Positions 28,202 to 43,283 of a DNA stretch of 64,000 nucleotides are shown one piece after another. The position numbers and the translations under genes were made by a program. The stretch covers positions 274,412,001 to 274,476,000 of the forward strand of contig OZ024743.1 in NCBI GenBank assembly GCA_964016885.1, in the 5' to 3' direction. The first letter of the stretch is position 1. Each line of letters starts with the position of its first letter. This DNA is from Eledone cirrhosa (taxonomy: Eukaryota). The notes under the pieces are model-generated. The model was not told the origin of the DNA and made no database searches. It was given only the letters and a program-made list of their open reading frames with translations.

Positions 28202-29219
28202 GAGTGTAGCCTGTAAAGTTCATAGGCTGACCAAGATAATCTCATGAAATGTGACCAAGTAAGGTTAATTGTTGCGGTCCACACAATTGTTGCCGTTCTT
28301 GGACCTCATTGATGAAGACGCTTCCATCCTGTCAGTCAAAAATGTCAACAGCAGATATGACGTCATGATTACTGCGATACTAGTTCCCAGCCAAGTGGGG
28401 TTTTTTTTCATGTTAGAGAACAGATGATAGTCAGATGGGACCAAATCAGGAGAATAGGTAGTGTAATGAAACAGTTCAGAGCCACAGTCATGCACAGCAG
28501 CCATTGAAACCAAGGATTTGTGTGCTGGAGCATTGTCTTGATGAAACAAGATTCCTTCCGTAAGTTTGGTCTAGATAGCCTTTCGTAATTGCCTCAACAA
28601 GCTGGCATATTACTCTCCCTTGATGATATGGCGTGTTTGAAGATAGTCAATAAACACAATGTCTTTTGCATCCCCTAAGACTCAGGTCATCAGCTTCCCT
28701 GCAGATGAAACCACCCTAGCCTTCTTAGGAGTAGGTAAGAAGGGGTGTTTCTACTGCATAGCTGGTCTTTGATTCAAAGTGAACCCAACACTCATCCTCA
28801 GTTAGGAAACATTCAAGGAAACCAGCTGGATCTGCCTCAAACAATTTCAAATTTTCCCGTGATGTGATTAGCCTAGTGCAGTTTTGATCAGGTGTATGAA
28901 ATCTTCACCATGCCATATTCATTGTACAGAAATCTCAACCCTCTCATGGGATATGCTAATAGCATTGGCTATTTGATTTATAGTCAATCGCCTGTCATCC
29001 ATCACCATGTGGTGAACAAGATCAATGTTTTCCATGGTGACAAATTTTATCCATTTTCAAAAGAAGTCACTACTAGTTACGTTTGAAGATTTTTTGAACA
29101 GCCAAATGGGATGAAACAATGCAGTTATTAATAAGAAGAGTTGAAAGAATGCAAGCAAAATTTCACAGCACTTGCATCATTGCTTCATAGTCAGCATATG
29201 AACTTTTCATCCAACTTTG
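28201..29219 (-). mobile_element. Decayed mariner (DD34D) element
   Basis: FHQDNAPAH...YSPDLVPSDYHLF. TIRs TA|CGAG..AAAGTTCATAGGCTGAC and GTCAGCATATGAACTTTT..|TA. Confidence 0.88.
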
Positions 29220-29343
29220 TAGTGTATGTGATTCAGTAAATTACTAGTGGTGGTACCAATATGAGCACTCGATGCACAGGCAGAAAGTATATAAGAAAAA
29301 AGCGTGAAGTTTCGTATGTATATGTGTTTATATATACGTATAT

Positions 29344-29400
<57 letters not shown>

Positions 29401-29570
29401 AGTATATATATATATATATATATACACATATATATATATATATATATATGTGTGTATATATATATATATACACACACACATATATATATATATGTGTGTG
29501 TATATATATATATGTATATATATATATATGTGTGTGCATATATATGTATCTATATATATAAATATATATG

Positions 29571-29601
<31 letters not shown>

Positions 29602-29658
29602 GTATATATATAAATATATAAATATATATGTATATATATGTATCTATATATATAAATA

Positions 29659-29742
<84 letters not shown>

Positions 29743-29958
29743 TTAGTACCCTGTAACCATTAAGCTCTAAGTATAAAGTACAAATAAATACTGAGCCGAT
29801 CAACAATATATAGTAAGAAACACAGTAAACCGTGTGTCTAAAATTACAAGGGTTGAAAAACCACATATGCTTGAAATATTTAACCAAGAAACAGACAGGA
29901 TGACAAAATGAAAATAAAAATATATTATCATAATACAAACCGTCTCAATAACCATTAT

Positions 29959-30040
29959 ATCTCTCGGACAGATTATCCCTAATCTGTTTCGCCCTGAGTG
30001 TGTTTGTAACAGATAATCCTGGGCTTCATCAGCGAGAGAT
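29959..30040 (-). ncRNA. Type-I hammerhead ribozyme, canonical core, GUC site
   Basis: ATCTCTCG-CTGATGA-A-GCCC...GGGC-GAAA-CAGATTA GGGA TAATCTG-TC-CGAGAGAT. Confidence 0.92.
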
Positions 30041-30425
30041 TGCAATTAAATGTCACAAACACTATTTGCCAACGTTCACACAGAAAGATGAATGTATCAC
30101 CTCGTGCGCCGCCAGTCGAACGTGGTAAGCGCGTATTGAACAGAAATAACAGTCCAACACGCACAACTTAATAGCTCATCCTGTAAGAGAGCCGAAATAT
30201 ATATATGAATTAGAACCCTGTAACCATTAAGCTCTAAGTATAAAGTACAAATAAATACTGAGCCGATTAACAATATATAGTAAGAAACACAGTAAACCGT
30301 GTGTCTAAAATTACAAGGGTTGAAAAACCACATATGCTTGAAATATTTAACCAAGAAACAGACAGGATGACAAAATGAAAATAAAAATATATTATCATAA
30401 TACAAACCGCCTCAATAACCATTAT

Positions 30426-30507
30426 ATCTCTCGGACAGATTATCCCTAATCTGTTTCGCCCTGAGTGTGTTTGTAACAGATAATCCTGGGCTTCATCAGC
30501 GAGAGAT
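30426..30507 (-). ncRNA. Type-I hammerhead ribozyme, second tandem copy
   Basis: Identical to 29959-30040, 467 bp away. Confidence 0.92.
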
Positions 30508-30916
30508 TGCAATTAAATGTCACAAACACTATTTGCCAACGTTCACACAGAAAGATGAATTTATCACCTCGTGCGCCGCCAGTCAAACGTGGTAAGCGCG
30601 TATTGAACAGAAATAACAGTCCAATACGCACAACTTAATAGCTCATCCTGTAAGAGAGCCGAAATATATATATAAATTAGAACCCTGTAACCATTAAGCT
30701 CTAAGTATAAAGTACAAATAAATACTGAGCCGATTAACAATATATAGTAAGAAACACAGTAAACCGTGTGTCTAAAATTACAAGGGTTGAAAAACCACAT
30801 ATGCTTGAAATTTGTCATCCTGTCTGTTTCTTGGTTAAATATTTCAAGCATATGTGGTTTTTCAACCCTTGTAATTTTAGACACACGGTTTACTGTGTTT
30901 CTTGCTATATATATAC

Positions 30917-31405
<489 letters not shown>

Positions 31406-31412
31406 AACAAGT

Positions 31413-31510
31413 AAGACCCCGACGGCTGAGCTCAAGCCGTCTCGACGGCTAATTCTGTACCGAATGAAAATTTATTCTGGTATTTAAATAGCCGGACTTA
31501 TCAAGGGGTA
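31413..31510 (-). ncRNA. Decayed full hammerhead of the 'CGGCTTGAGCTCAGCCG' family
   Basis: ACCCC-TTGATAA-GTCCGGCTA...TAGCCGTC-GAGA-CGGCT TGAGCTC AGCCG-TC-GGGGT. All three stems are present and the core is mutated. Confidence 0.6.
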
Positions 31511-31900
31511 ATTCCATATATGGTCAAAGAGATAATCACCAGGATTGGTCACATCACAAGTTAGTAGTAAATCTGTGATGGCAAGCTGGTAGGGGAAGGG
31601 GTAGCTAAACTTGCCGGTAGGAGAAAAAGGGAGAGGGGGTGGAGTAGACCCATTCATGCGTTGGTATTGCCAGCTACAGCTGGGTGTGAGGTCAAAGAAG
31701 ATACTGGGGCGGGGGAGGGGGAGGAGGTCGAAACGGTAAGTAGAACAATGAAAGGTAAAACTATAAAAGGTACTGAGAGAGAAAACAAATAAGCAAAATC
31801 TGGTTACTAAGACAAAAGTCTCTCGCTATAGCTAGGCTAAAGAAATACATAAATAAATAAATAAACAAATAAGTGAATAAAAGAATAGATAAATAAATTT

Positions 31901-31931
<31 letters not shown>

Positions 31932-32139
31932 GTAGAATAAAAAAATAAATAATAATAATAGAAATAAACTAGGTGGGACGGAAATAAAGGGACCCTTATA
32001 CGAGGTATATGTGCGTGTATCGTACGGTGACGGATCAACAAAGGGGGGCCGGAATACTAAAGAGACTACCACGAAAATAATAAGGGTTTCTACCCCAATC
32101 ACAGGGCCAGCAGCCTGGTTCCTTACCACATTTCCTTCG

Positions 32140-32220
<81 letters not shown>

Positions 32221-32262
32221 TTCAAAATATTAATAAATATAGACATTCATGTGATCAAATAG

Positions 32263-32326
32263 ATTTTATTATATATATTTCAGAGGTACTGTGCTGTTTC
32301 CTCAGTAGGTCCTCATCAGATAAAAT
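32263..32326 (-). ncRNA. Minimal PLE-type hammerhead
   Basis: ATTTTAT-CTGATGA-GGACCTACTG...CAGTACCTCT-GAAA-TATATA-TA-ATAAAAT, with palindromic stem III. Confidence 0.72.
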
Positions 32327-32499
32327 AAATTGATGTCTGACATACCTCAACTGTGCTGATGGTTCAATTCCAGTCTTGGCAGTGATTAGTTATGACAAAA
32401 TTCAATATTTATATACCATAATCAGTAACATGACAAACTATATATAATTGTTAGGATACGTAGGAAAATGTGTAGAAAAAAATAAAATAAATACATATA

Positions 32500-33474
32500 T
32501 CTAATATATATTTGTGAAATGGGTGGTGGCTGAAATTCAGTTGTGCACGGTTAAATGGTAGTAGACGTGGTCGGACTGACATGAAAATTTACACACCTAT
32601 GTAAAAGGTGCCACGGAAGCAAATGGACGAGGTTTCAAATCTCTAACTTCAAAAATGTGGTCCTTGGGGCCCCAAAACGGTCTATTTACTATCGCGTTCG
32701 GTGAGTTATTTCCCCCTGTTCTAATACTTTCAATATTCATTGTCTTATTTACAATTTCAAACACATTTTTAAACTCATCAATTTCTTTCGCTGCGTTCTT
32801 TCGCAGCGTTCTTTCGCTGTTAACATACAGTACGATTTTATGAAATCAATTCTGCAGTACCATTTTACGAAATGCCAAACCGAAAACGGTCACTGTTTTC
32901 CATCAAAAGAAATAAAACCCTTAAATTGTGAAGAAGGGAGTCATGTTTTCAAGTACGTTTTTTCCGATATCATTTTCATTTTAACTCTAATACATGTTAA
33001 CCACCACTAACAGTAAGTAGTATTTTTCAAAGTCAAATGAAAAGTTTAAAGTTTTCCTTTTTCAAATACAGTTGCTCTATATTAAATTTAAATACTTCTA
33101 TAACGATCATACAGTACCGTTTTATGAACTTAATGAATGGGATCTATAAGCCCTTTGGTTGCCGAGTTAATTAATTCAGTTTTTTTTTTATATATATTCA
33201 TTGTCTTATTTAAAATAACATATCAAAGACAACGTTATTTCGCTGTTAATAAACTATTGCCTTCTAGAGTACGTTTCATTTTCATTTTTCAATTACAGTT
33301 GCTCTATATTAAATTTATATACTTCTATAACGATCATACAGTACCGTTTTATGAAATCGATTCTGCAGTAGAATTTTACGAAATGCCAAACCGAAAAAGG
33401 TCACTGTTTTCAAATTATTAACTTTAAAAAAAGTGGCCCGGGTTCAACCGGGTTCAACCGGGCTCAGCTGCTAG
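32500..33474 (+). mobile_element. Non-autonomous Helitron
   Basis: A|TCTAATATATA start, duplicated subterminal hairpin GCCCGGGTTCAACCGGGTTCAACCGGGC, CTAG|T end and internal direct repeats. Confidence 0.72.
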
Positions 33475-34326
33475 TAGATAAGTAAAATGCATCAGTATAT
33501 AACTGTTAAATATTTAACTGAATTAAATATGTAAATATCCGTATTAGAGAAAAAGCAAATGAGGAGAAAAGGAAAAGATAGAGAGATGAAGATAAAAACG
33601 AAGAAAGGGAGATATAGATGGTATAAAATAATTACATAAGGAGAATAGAGGTATATGATGCGTGACCGTTTTTTTTTTCAAATATTACGTAAGGTAGAAA
33701 CTACCAATTAAATATCGTGAAATTTATACTCTATAATATTTGAAAGAAATTATACTATTATATTATATCAAAATTAAAACAATATAAAGTGATATAAGAT
33801 AATATAACATAATTTCAAAGATAATCTGCAAATTTAAATTAGTGAATACATTCAATAATTAAGTTATAAAATTCAAAATTAAAAATATTATTAAATAACA
33901 ATGGTGCTTACAAATATAGTAAATATGATATTATTAAACTTAAACTTACTTAGATATTAGCATCTGTATAAGCATTTTATATAAAATTAATTTGAATTAA
34001 TATTAATAACTCCAGAAAACTTCTCTATTGAGTGCTTCTAATCTATTGTAAAACTATATTCATTGATTAATCAATGAATCTTGTTTAACTTTTGGTCATA
34101 TATAAATATATATATATATATATATTAATAAAAGGAATTCCAACTTTGTCTGATTTACTCGTTTTATTTACAATCCTTTAAAATGTATAATGGTATTAGA
34201 ATGAAATAGTATGGTAGAATATTAAATGTTAAGTGTTAATTGAACAAAAACTTTCATGCTTTCGCAATCTTCAGGTTCATATTCTGTGGTGACAGTCAAG
34301 TTTTCAATTTTCAACTGTGTATATAT

Positions 34327-34392
<66 letters not shown>

Positions 34393-34624
34393 ATTGGAAC
34401 TACCTGTTTGAAGTGCAAGAGCTCAGTCATCGGGCTTCGACCATATATATATATTATATATATATATATGAAAAGATTCAGGACCCCGGCGGTTCAGCTC
34501 GAGCCGTTTCAACAGTTAGATCCGTCGGGGTCCTGAATCTTTTCATTTTACCCACTTTAATACCCCAAGTATCGAGTACTCTAGTGCGTCATGGACCACC
34601 TGGTATCTTACCACACCCTCTTGG

Positions 34625-34691
<67 letters not shown>

Positions 34692-34866
34692 TATTTGGGG
34701 ATGGTTATGTTGCTAGTATTGCCAATAAAAAGAAACACACGCACCATATGTTTTGGCTTTATCTTTATTATTATTTATTCGTTAGTTCGTCGACGTTCTT
34801 TCGTCGCACATTCTTTGACCTCCACCAGAACTGAAATGATTTTCGTCACCTGATATATATATATAC

Positions 34867-35247
<381 letters not shown>

Positions 35248-35336
35248 CATACTTATATATATACATATATATATATATAAATAAATACTTATATATATAC
35301 ATATATATATATATATCTACATATATATATATACAC

Positions 35337-35412
<76 letters not shown>

Positions 35413-35418
35413 TTATAC

Positions 35419-35449
<31 letters not shown>

Positions 35450-35497
35450 CATATATATTATATATATATATACATATATATATATATACATATATAT

Positions 35498-35529
<32 letters not shown>

Positions 35530-35643
35530 ATAGAATAGAATGAAACGAAATTCCATTTCTCACTCTTAGTACGGCACTTACTTAAATGTATATACATATA
35601 TATATATATACATATATATTATATATATATTTATATATATATA

Positions 35644-35850
35644 TACTTTTACACAGTCCAATATATATTATAAAATGTAAGATAACTTTAATGTAGGTAT
35701 AACAACAGTTTTACATAGAGCTTACAATTTAAATCTGTAGTTAATATATACTTTTACACAGTCCAATATATATTATAAAATGTAAGATAACTTTAATGTA
35801 GGTATAACAACAGTTTTACATAGAGCTTACAATTTAAATCTGTAGTTATA
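35644..35850. repeat. 105-bp tandem duplication
   Basis: TACTTTTACACAGTCC...AAATCTGTAGTTA occurs twice. Confidence 0.9.
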
Positions 35851-36072
35851 TATATATTAAATCTATCACACATGCGTCCCACGAAAATATACACACATAC
35901 TTTTAATCTAAATTACAATCGATATGTGCAGATTTGCTTCCATGTAACTGTTTTAAATATATAAAACATATTCACTATTCACAAGAAGCAACGTTCACAC
36001 GATTACACACACGCGTAAGTGTGCATATGTATCAATGTATGTGTGTATGTATGTATATATGTATATCGGTAT

Positions 36073-36187
<115 letters not shown>

Positions 36188-36642
36188 CGTATGTATGTAT
36201 GTATGTGCGTATGTATGTATAAATGTTTGTATGTATATATGTATGTATTCTCTGCCTCGTTTCTTCATAGCATGCGCCATCATTCCCGAAATAAACTGGC
36301 TTTTAAATTCCATTATTTGATTAAAAGTTATTACAAGAAATGAGAAAAATATGTCTTAGCCAACAGCAAAGTTTATTCATGATGAGATGGAGAACGTATA
36401 GAGTGAATAATTATAGTGAGAAAATTGATAGCGAAGCGATAATATTTACAATATGGATGTCATTGACATTTGCAGACGACAACCTAAATCCGTTGATTAT
36501 ACATATAATATTTACACACATAGCCACACATAAAATGTGATACACATGCCTTCACTACATTTCAGATACATGGGAAACTATGTATGTAAATATATGTGCA
36601 TCCAATCTCTCTGTAAGTGATCCTTACTCATATGTCTACACA

Positions 36643-36698
<56 letters not shown>

Positions 36699-36999
36699 AA
36701 GTAATTACGTCGGAAATGTCCAGGAAAAAAGAGTGCTCTATGTATATATATGTATATATATATTATATATATATAGTATATATAATACATATATATCTAT
36801 ATATATATATTATATATATATATATAGAATATATAATACATATATATATATATATAGGTATTATATATCGTATATATAATACATATATATATATGTATTA
36901 TATATAGAATATATAATACATATTTATATATATACATATATGTATTATATATAGTATATATAATACATATATATATATGTATTATATATAGTATATATA

Positions 37000-37046
<47 letters not shown>

Positions 37047-37047
37047 C

Positions 37048-37193
<146 letters not shown>

Positions 37194-37207
37194 ATACATA
37201 TACATAT

Positions 37208-37340
<133 letters not shown>

Positions 37341-37345
37341 TATAC

Positions 37346-37377
<32 letters not shown>

Positions 37378-37499
37378 TATATTATATTATATTATGTTAT
37401 GTAAATATACATCTTTTACCATTCTCTCTTCAAAAATATATTTGCTGATAACGACTTACATTATAAGGAGCGTACATACACACACACACACACACACAC

Positions 37500-37543
<44 letters not shown>

Positions 37544-37947
37544 TGTGTTTGTATGTCCGCGTGAATGTATCTATGTGTGGATTGAATCTATTTTAGTAGT
37601 GCAAGATTTTAGTCGACACTGCGCTGTAATTAAATATACTGGAACATTGTGAACAACTTTCGTATACTGTGAATAATAATATGTATATATATATATATAT
37701 ATATACGTATATATATATATACGTATATATATATATATAAACGTATAACAAAAAACTATTAGTGTGTGTGAAGGAGAGGAGGAAGTAAAACAAAAGTACA
37801 GATGAAGAACAAATCAATGAAATAAACTACACATTGAATGCATATCATTCCCAGGCGTGAGAATAAGATTTTTATATGCACACATACATACACACACATA
37901 TACACACTTTTACACACTCATATGCGTGTGTATGTGTGTATATGTAC

Positions 37948-38020
<73 letters not shown>

Positions 38021-38638
38021 CGTTATTCCGGGTTGAATCGGAGGTAACCACAGTAAGTAAGGTACTCAATACATAGCAGAGTATAAAAGTTTTAATATAG
38101 ATGAGATTCTACAGGACTAGAACTGTTTCATTCTTTCATTCTTTAGAAATCATCAGGAATCTGGGTATCAAAGAATAAATATGGTATTTATAGGTCTCTT
38201 CAAGTGGTAGGAGAGGGTAGGGAGTGGGATGGGTAGAGGTCATTGGTTGATAGAAAAGGGAATTCATTAAAAGCTAATACTTTAAAGCTATAATTTATAT
38301 TTAGTGTAACAAAGGCAGAAAGAATTCTATAAACAAGTTCAGAATGGGGTGCCACTCCTTATTTTTAAGTTTCTCTTAAGCTAACAATGCCTATATTTCA
38401 GGTGTCTATAAGATCGTTGGGGTCAGTCATGGTTGATGGTTTTAAAGAAAAGGGAAATTCTTTAAAAGTTAATGCTTTAAGGTTCTACTTAGAGTGATAT
38501 AATATATATTATAGCTTTAAAGAATTAGCTTTTAATGAATTCCTTTTTCTATCAACCAATGACCTCTACCCATCCCACTCCCTACCCTCTCCTACCACTT
38601 GAAGAGACCTATAAATACCATATTTATTTTTTGATACC

Positions 38639-38690
38639 CAGACTCCTGATGATTTCTAAAGAATGAAACAGTTCTAGTCCTGTAGAATCT
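38639..38690 (+). ncRNA. Type-I hammerhead in the right arm of a fold-back element (mirror copy about 38105-38162 on minus)
   Basis: AGACTC-CTGATGA-TTTCTAAAGAAT-GAAA-CAG TTCTAGTC CTG-TA-GAATCT. Confidence 0.72.
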
Positions 38691-38704
38691 CATCTATATT
38701 TTAA

Positions 38705-38742
<38 letters not shown>

Positions 38743-38835
38743 GTACTTATACAGACATGCGAACATATTTGCATTCATGCATATATGTATATACATTTAT
38801 GTATATATATATATATTTATATGTATTTATGTATT

Positions 38836-38959
<124 letters not shown>

Positions 38960-39179
38960 GTGTGTGTGTGCGTGCGTTTTTGTGTGTGTATGCATATTTG
39001 CAAATATATATGTGATGGTTCTCTGAATACCTGTTCGATTTCTGGACTTATGCAGTTGAGCATCATAGAGTTATAAATGTTTGCTACAAGGGTTATTCCT
39101 CTGTAGTTTTCTGCTACATCATAAAAGGAAGAGTACAGTCCATGTTTCTATATTGATTTGATTATATACGTCATTGCAG

Positions 39180-40480
39180 GACTTCAAGAGAATATCATTA
39201 AATTGTGTGGTTTTCATACCTCATGTGGTATTTCGTCAAGGCTAGGTGCTCTGTTCAATGTCAATACTTTCAGAATAAATCAATAATGATGTCCCTGATC
39301 GAGACGAAGCGGGTATGTATTTGAATACATATAAAAATGAGAAACCTCATCGCTAGAATAGCCGTTAAAACCGCTAAATCCTGTCAAAGAGAGCGATGGG
39401 CAATAATGCCTCAGAGGATAGAGACCAGCGGCCATTGGCCAACAGAGAGACAATCCACAAGGTGGGTGATAGGCAGATGGAAAATAGAACATTTTCCAAT
39501 TCAACTTGTGTAAAGTCTCCACATTTCATATTGAGTTTTTCTGGTATTTGTTGTATATGCATATCAACTGCCTGAAGGTTTGCCAAGGAGATTTTGAAAG
39601 GGATTTTTCCTTATGTGTAGCCTTCTTTTTCACTTGTTACTTTGAATTTTGACTTGGTTGGATTCTTTTGTCTACTGATTTCATTGGTGGTCGGCCAGAC
39701 TGCTGCAATTGAAGATTTAACTAGATCAAAAAACTAATATTGAACTCTGCTTGGCTCTCTAGATCGGAGAGAGCGTTAAGTTATCAACGTGATCTGCATG
39801 TGCGATTTTTTTTAGCAGCCTATCTATTACTCTTTCGTTGATGTAGTGTGAATCTATTGTCTTAAATGGTATCGACAGAAGTTCTGAGAACGTAATTCAA
39901 GCAAATGATGAAGATATCGGGGGGCTAAAGTATCACCGTGTAGCACTCCAGCAATAATTTTAGAGACACCTGTATCACCATCTGGATATCATACCATTGA
40001 ATATGTGTTTTGTAGAGCATCATAATGGCTATTTCTTCCATTTCACATCTATGAATCGAATCGAATCCTTTGGAGAAATCGGTGAATAATAGAACAGCAT
40101 TTAGATTTTTAGCTTTCACACCTTCAGGAATTCTGTAGTCAATCATCCTTTCGAAAGTCATTTTGATTTCTTCTTAAACACAAGATGTGAGACTTTTATT
40201 AAAGCACATAAAAGACTGCAGAAAAGCCTATTCCAATAACATTTTAAATAAGAAAACATGGTCCACGAGAAAACCAAGAGATAAGACAAAAGAGACAAAC
40301 ACTGAAAGAAGCTGCAGAATTAAAGAATAAAGTACCCACAAGAATCAATACAAAACGTCGTGAAGAAGCTTCGAAAGATCTTGCTAATACATATCTAGCC
40401 GTTCAAAAAGAATTTATTCAGCAAAATGTCAATCTAGTTCAATCGCACAGAAAGACACATTCTGAAAATGTCTTCTACCA
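39180..40480. mobile_element. Old rearranged RTE-like LINE relic
   Basis: Minus-strand AVLLFTDFSKGFDSIHR and GDT.F.....GVL RT remnants. Boundaries approximate. Confidence 0.65.
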
Positions 40481-40553
40481 AAATCTCAGTTTGTCCAATA
40501 TCATAGATGTATGAATATATGACTGTATGGGAGTCTATCTACCTACCTGTCTG

Positions 40554-40631
<78 letters not shown>

Positions 40632-40969
40632 ATGTGTGTGCGAGTGTGTGTGTGGGTGTGTGGGTGTGGCTCGAAAACCAAAACCCTGGCACTTTCCGAA
40701 CATCTATTAAAATATTTGTTTTGCTTTATTTTATATTGTCCCTTGTCATGTTCAATTTTGAAAATGCAATTTATAAGTAATTGGGTTATTGAAAGAGATG
40801 TAACCAGCCACGCTATTGTTTGCAAATTGCGATATAATAAAATAAATAATTAATTAAATATTCTCCCTTATAATATCGAAAGGTGTTCAGAAGCAAATCT
40901 GTACTAGAATAACCAAAAAAACATCAACAGAAAACATTCATTAATGTCTGTTTTACATTTCTGTTCCAG

Positions 40970-41086
40970 AAACACCAAGTTTTCTACCAACGAATGTACG
41001 ATGCTTTAACTCTACTTTTGGAGTTTTTCTACGCGAACAACAAAGGCTTAAGTATGGATACAATGTTGACAGATAAACAATTTCAG
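40970..41086 (+). CDS. BAIAP3: Coding exon D (KHQVFYQRMYDALTLLLEFFYANNKGLSMDTMLTDKQFQ)
   Basis: Acceptor tttctgttccag|AAA, donor CAG|gtttgt, 117 nt, phase 0/0. FY.R...AL..L..FF.A..KGL MHD2 motif. Absent from the ORF track. Confidence 0.9.
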
Positions 41087-42562
41087 GTTTGTATATCTTA
41101 TTATTGGATGCATTTGTGTAAGAGTCCAGAAGAAGAAAAATAACAGAAAGATCACAAGAGAAAAAGTCACATTTTATATAAGATGAAAACGGGAAAGGGA
41201 TAGTTTAGGTGTTGCTAGTTGACTAGCCACGGGATAGTTTAGCTGTTGCATGGTTGACTAGCCACGGGTTTGTCTCTCCGAGAAAGAAACCTGGGAAGGG
41301 TGTCTTGTAAATGACAAGCAGTCATCTATGCATGGCGGCTCCACTCTCCACGTCCCCGATTTTGTCCAAGTGATGGGCAAAAGCCGATGTAGCTTGGCAC
41401 CAGTGTCGTCGCAACTCCTTTTCACCCAGTTGTGTGGACTGGAACCGAATATAAACTGTCTTGCTTAAGGACACAACATGCCACTCGGTTCTTCAAACGA
41501 ATTAACGTCCTAACGATTGTGAGCCTAACATCCTAACCTCTAAGCCACGTGCCTTCACTACATTTCAGAAAAATGTTTAAACGAAAATCTGCTCTCTGTT
41601 AGCGAGGTGTTTACAACAACCGGACATGTTTCTGTAGTCAACATAAAACCAACTTATCAATATAACAGTAGTTCTTAGAGACGAAAAGTTACGAAAATTA
41701 TCGACCAAGAGTAATTTGCGTAATATTAATCAAAATTGAGCTAAGGGAAATAAGTCAAATGATCTAATGGTATGGATTAATATAAATCAAATGGATGATG
41801 ATGTGCTGAATGAGAAAAAGACGCAAAACGTTATTAATGAATTGGAATTTTGCTCTCTATCGGAGAAAGAGAATAGAAATCTATAAATCTATCGGCAGTG
41901 GTTAGCGAATCAAAGAAAAGGGGAAAGAATTTCAAGACATAAAGAATTATTTTTGTTTTAATCATTTTATTAATTCTTACTTTCCTTAGATTATCTCCGC
42001 TTTTTTATTAATCACGTTTTCTTTATACAACTAAGAGTGAAATTTTAATTCATTAACATTTTTAGTAAGTCATACGCTTCGCCAACACCTACTTTCAGTA
42101 TTATTCCTAGTGTATAAACCATACGGTTTATTCCACGTAATGTGCGACCTTGAATTAAATTGTCATAAACACCATTCTCAGTGTTTTCATTATAATAATC
42201 ATCATTATCACCCACATATAATAATCATCATCATCATCACTATGACCATTTTAATCATTATACCGTTTTCATCATCCACATCCACATCATCATCATCATC
42301 ATCATCACTAACACTATTTTCTTCATCAGCACTATTCTACTAGTCACATCCTATTAATCATTGTCACTACCATCGTTATCATAACCAACATTGTTCTATA
42401 ATTATCATCGTCGTCGTCGTTGTTGTCATCATAATTATATCGTCAACATTACTATCATTTTATCGTCGTCGCTGTCTTTGTCACTTTTGTCCCTTTTGCT
42501 GTTGCTGCTCTTGTTGTATATTGCTGTTTCTATAAACACTGTACGTTTCCCGTATGTTGCAG

Positions 42563-42646
42563 GACTTACGAGAACAACTAGCTCTCCATAAAGAAGACAC
42601 GAGAGATTTGATAGAACAGTTTTACCAAGAGAAACTAGATGAACAG
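42563..42646 (+). CDS. BAIAP3: Coding exon E (DLREQLALHKEDTRDLIEQFYQEKLDEQ)
   Basis: Acceptor cgtatgttgcag|GAC, donor CAG|gtaaac, 84 nt, phase 0/0. L.LHK..T..LIE.FY end of MHD2. Confidence 0.9.
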
Positions 42647-43170
42647 GTAAACAAAATATCATATTGATTTGAAATTTCATATTCAATTGTATATATTTAC
42701 AAATAGGACGCGAGTAAAATCAATTATTCATACATTACGGATTGAGCGCTGGTCCACTTCTTCTATGTATATCAATAGTTTATATATATATATATTTATA
42801 TATATATGGGATAACAAGTTATCGTTATAGGTAATCCAGTTAGAGGTTGTGAGTACTCTGTATTGTGGATAGTTCTAACGTACGGTGTTGTTTGACTCAA
42901 CAAGAGGTTTTCATAGTTAGGTAGCGAATTCGCGAGAATTCCAAAGCAGGTTATTCTTGGAGTAATAATAGTGAAAGATTGAAAAATAACATGGTCGGCT
43001 GTACAACAAGGATTTTATTTCTAGTATTAACAATTGTTTCATTGATCAGGTGAGTCTAAAGGCCGCTAATCACTCGAAGTTGCGTCACTCGACCTTAAAT
43101 ACAGTGTTTACCTCTGATCAAATCATCGGAATACTATTCTATAAATACCAATGCTATATGTAAAACCTGC

Positions 43171-43283
43171 AGTATTCCGATGATTTGATCAGAGGTAAAC
43201 ACTGTATTTAAGCTCGAGTGACGCAACTTCGAGTGATTAACAGCCTTTAGACTCACCTGATCAATGAAACAATTGTTAATATT
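43171..43283 (+). ncRNA. Hammerhead with long stem II and U4C core variant (mirror copy 43023-43135 on minus)
   Basis: AGTATT-CCGATGA-TTTGATCAG...CTGATCAAT-GAAA-CAATTG-TT-AATATT. Confidence 0.68.

Larger units (their letters stand above)
29740..30906 (-). mobile_element. Retrozyme-like / non-autonomous PLE: about 2.3 tandem copies of a 467-bp HHR-bearing unit plus a ~96-bp inverted piece, embedded in (TA)n
   Basis: Period 467 (ORFs 29800/30267 and 29979/30446). 30811-30906 is the reverse complement of about 29810-29907. No credible ORF. Confidence 0.85.
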
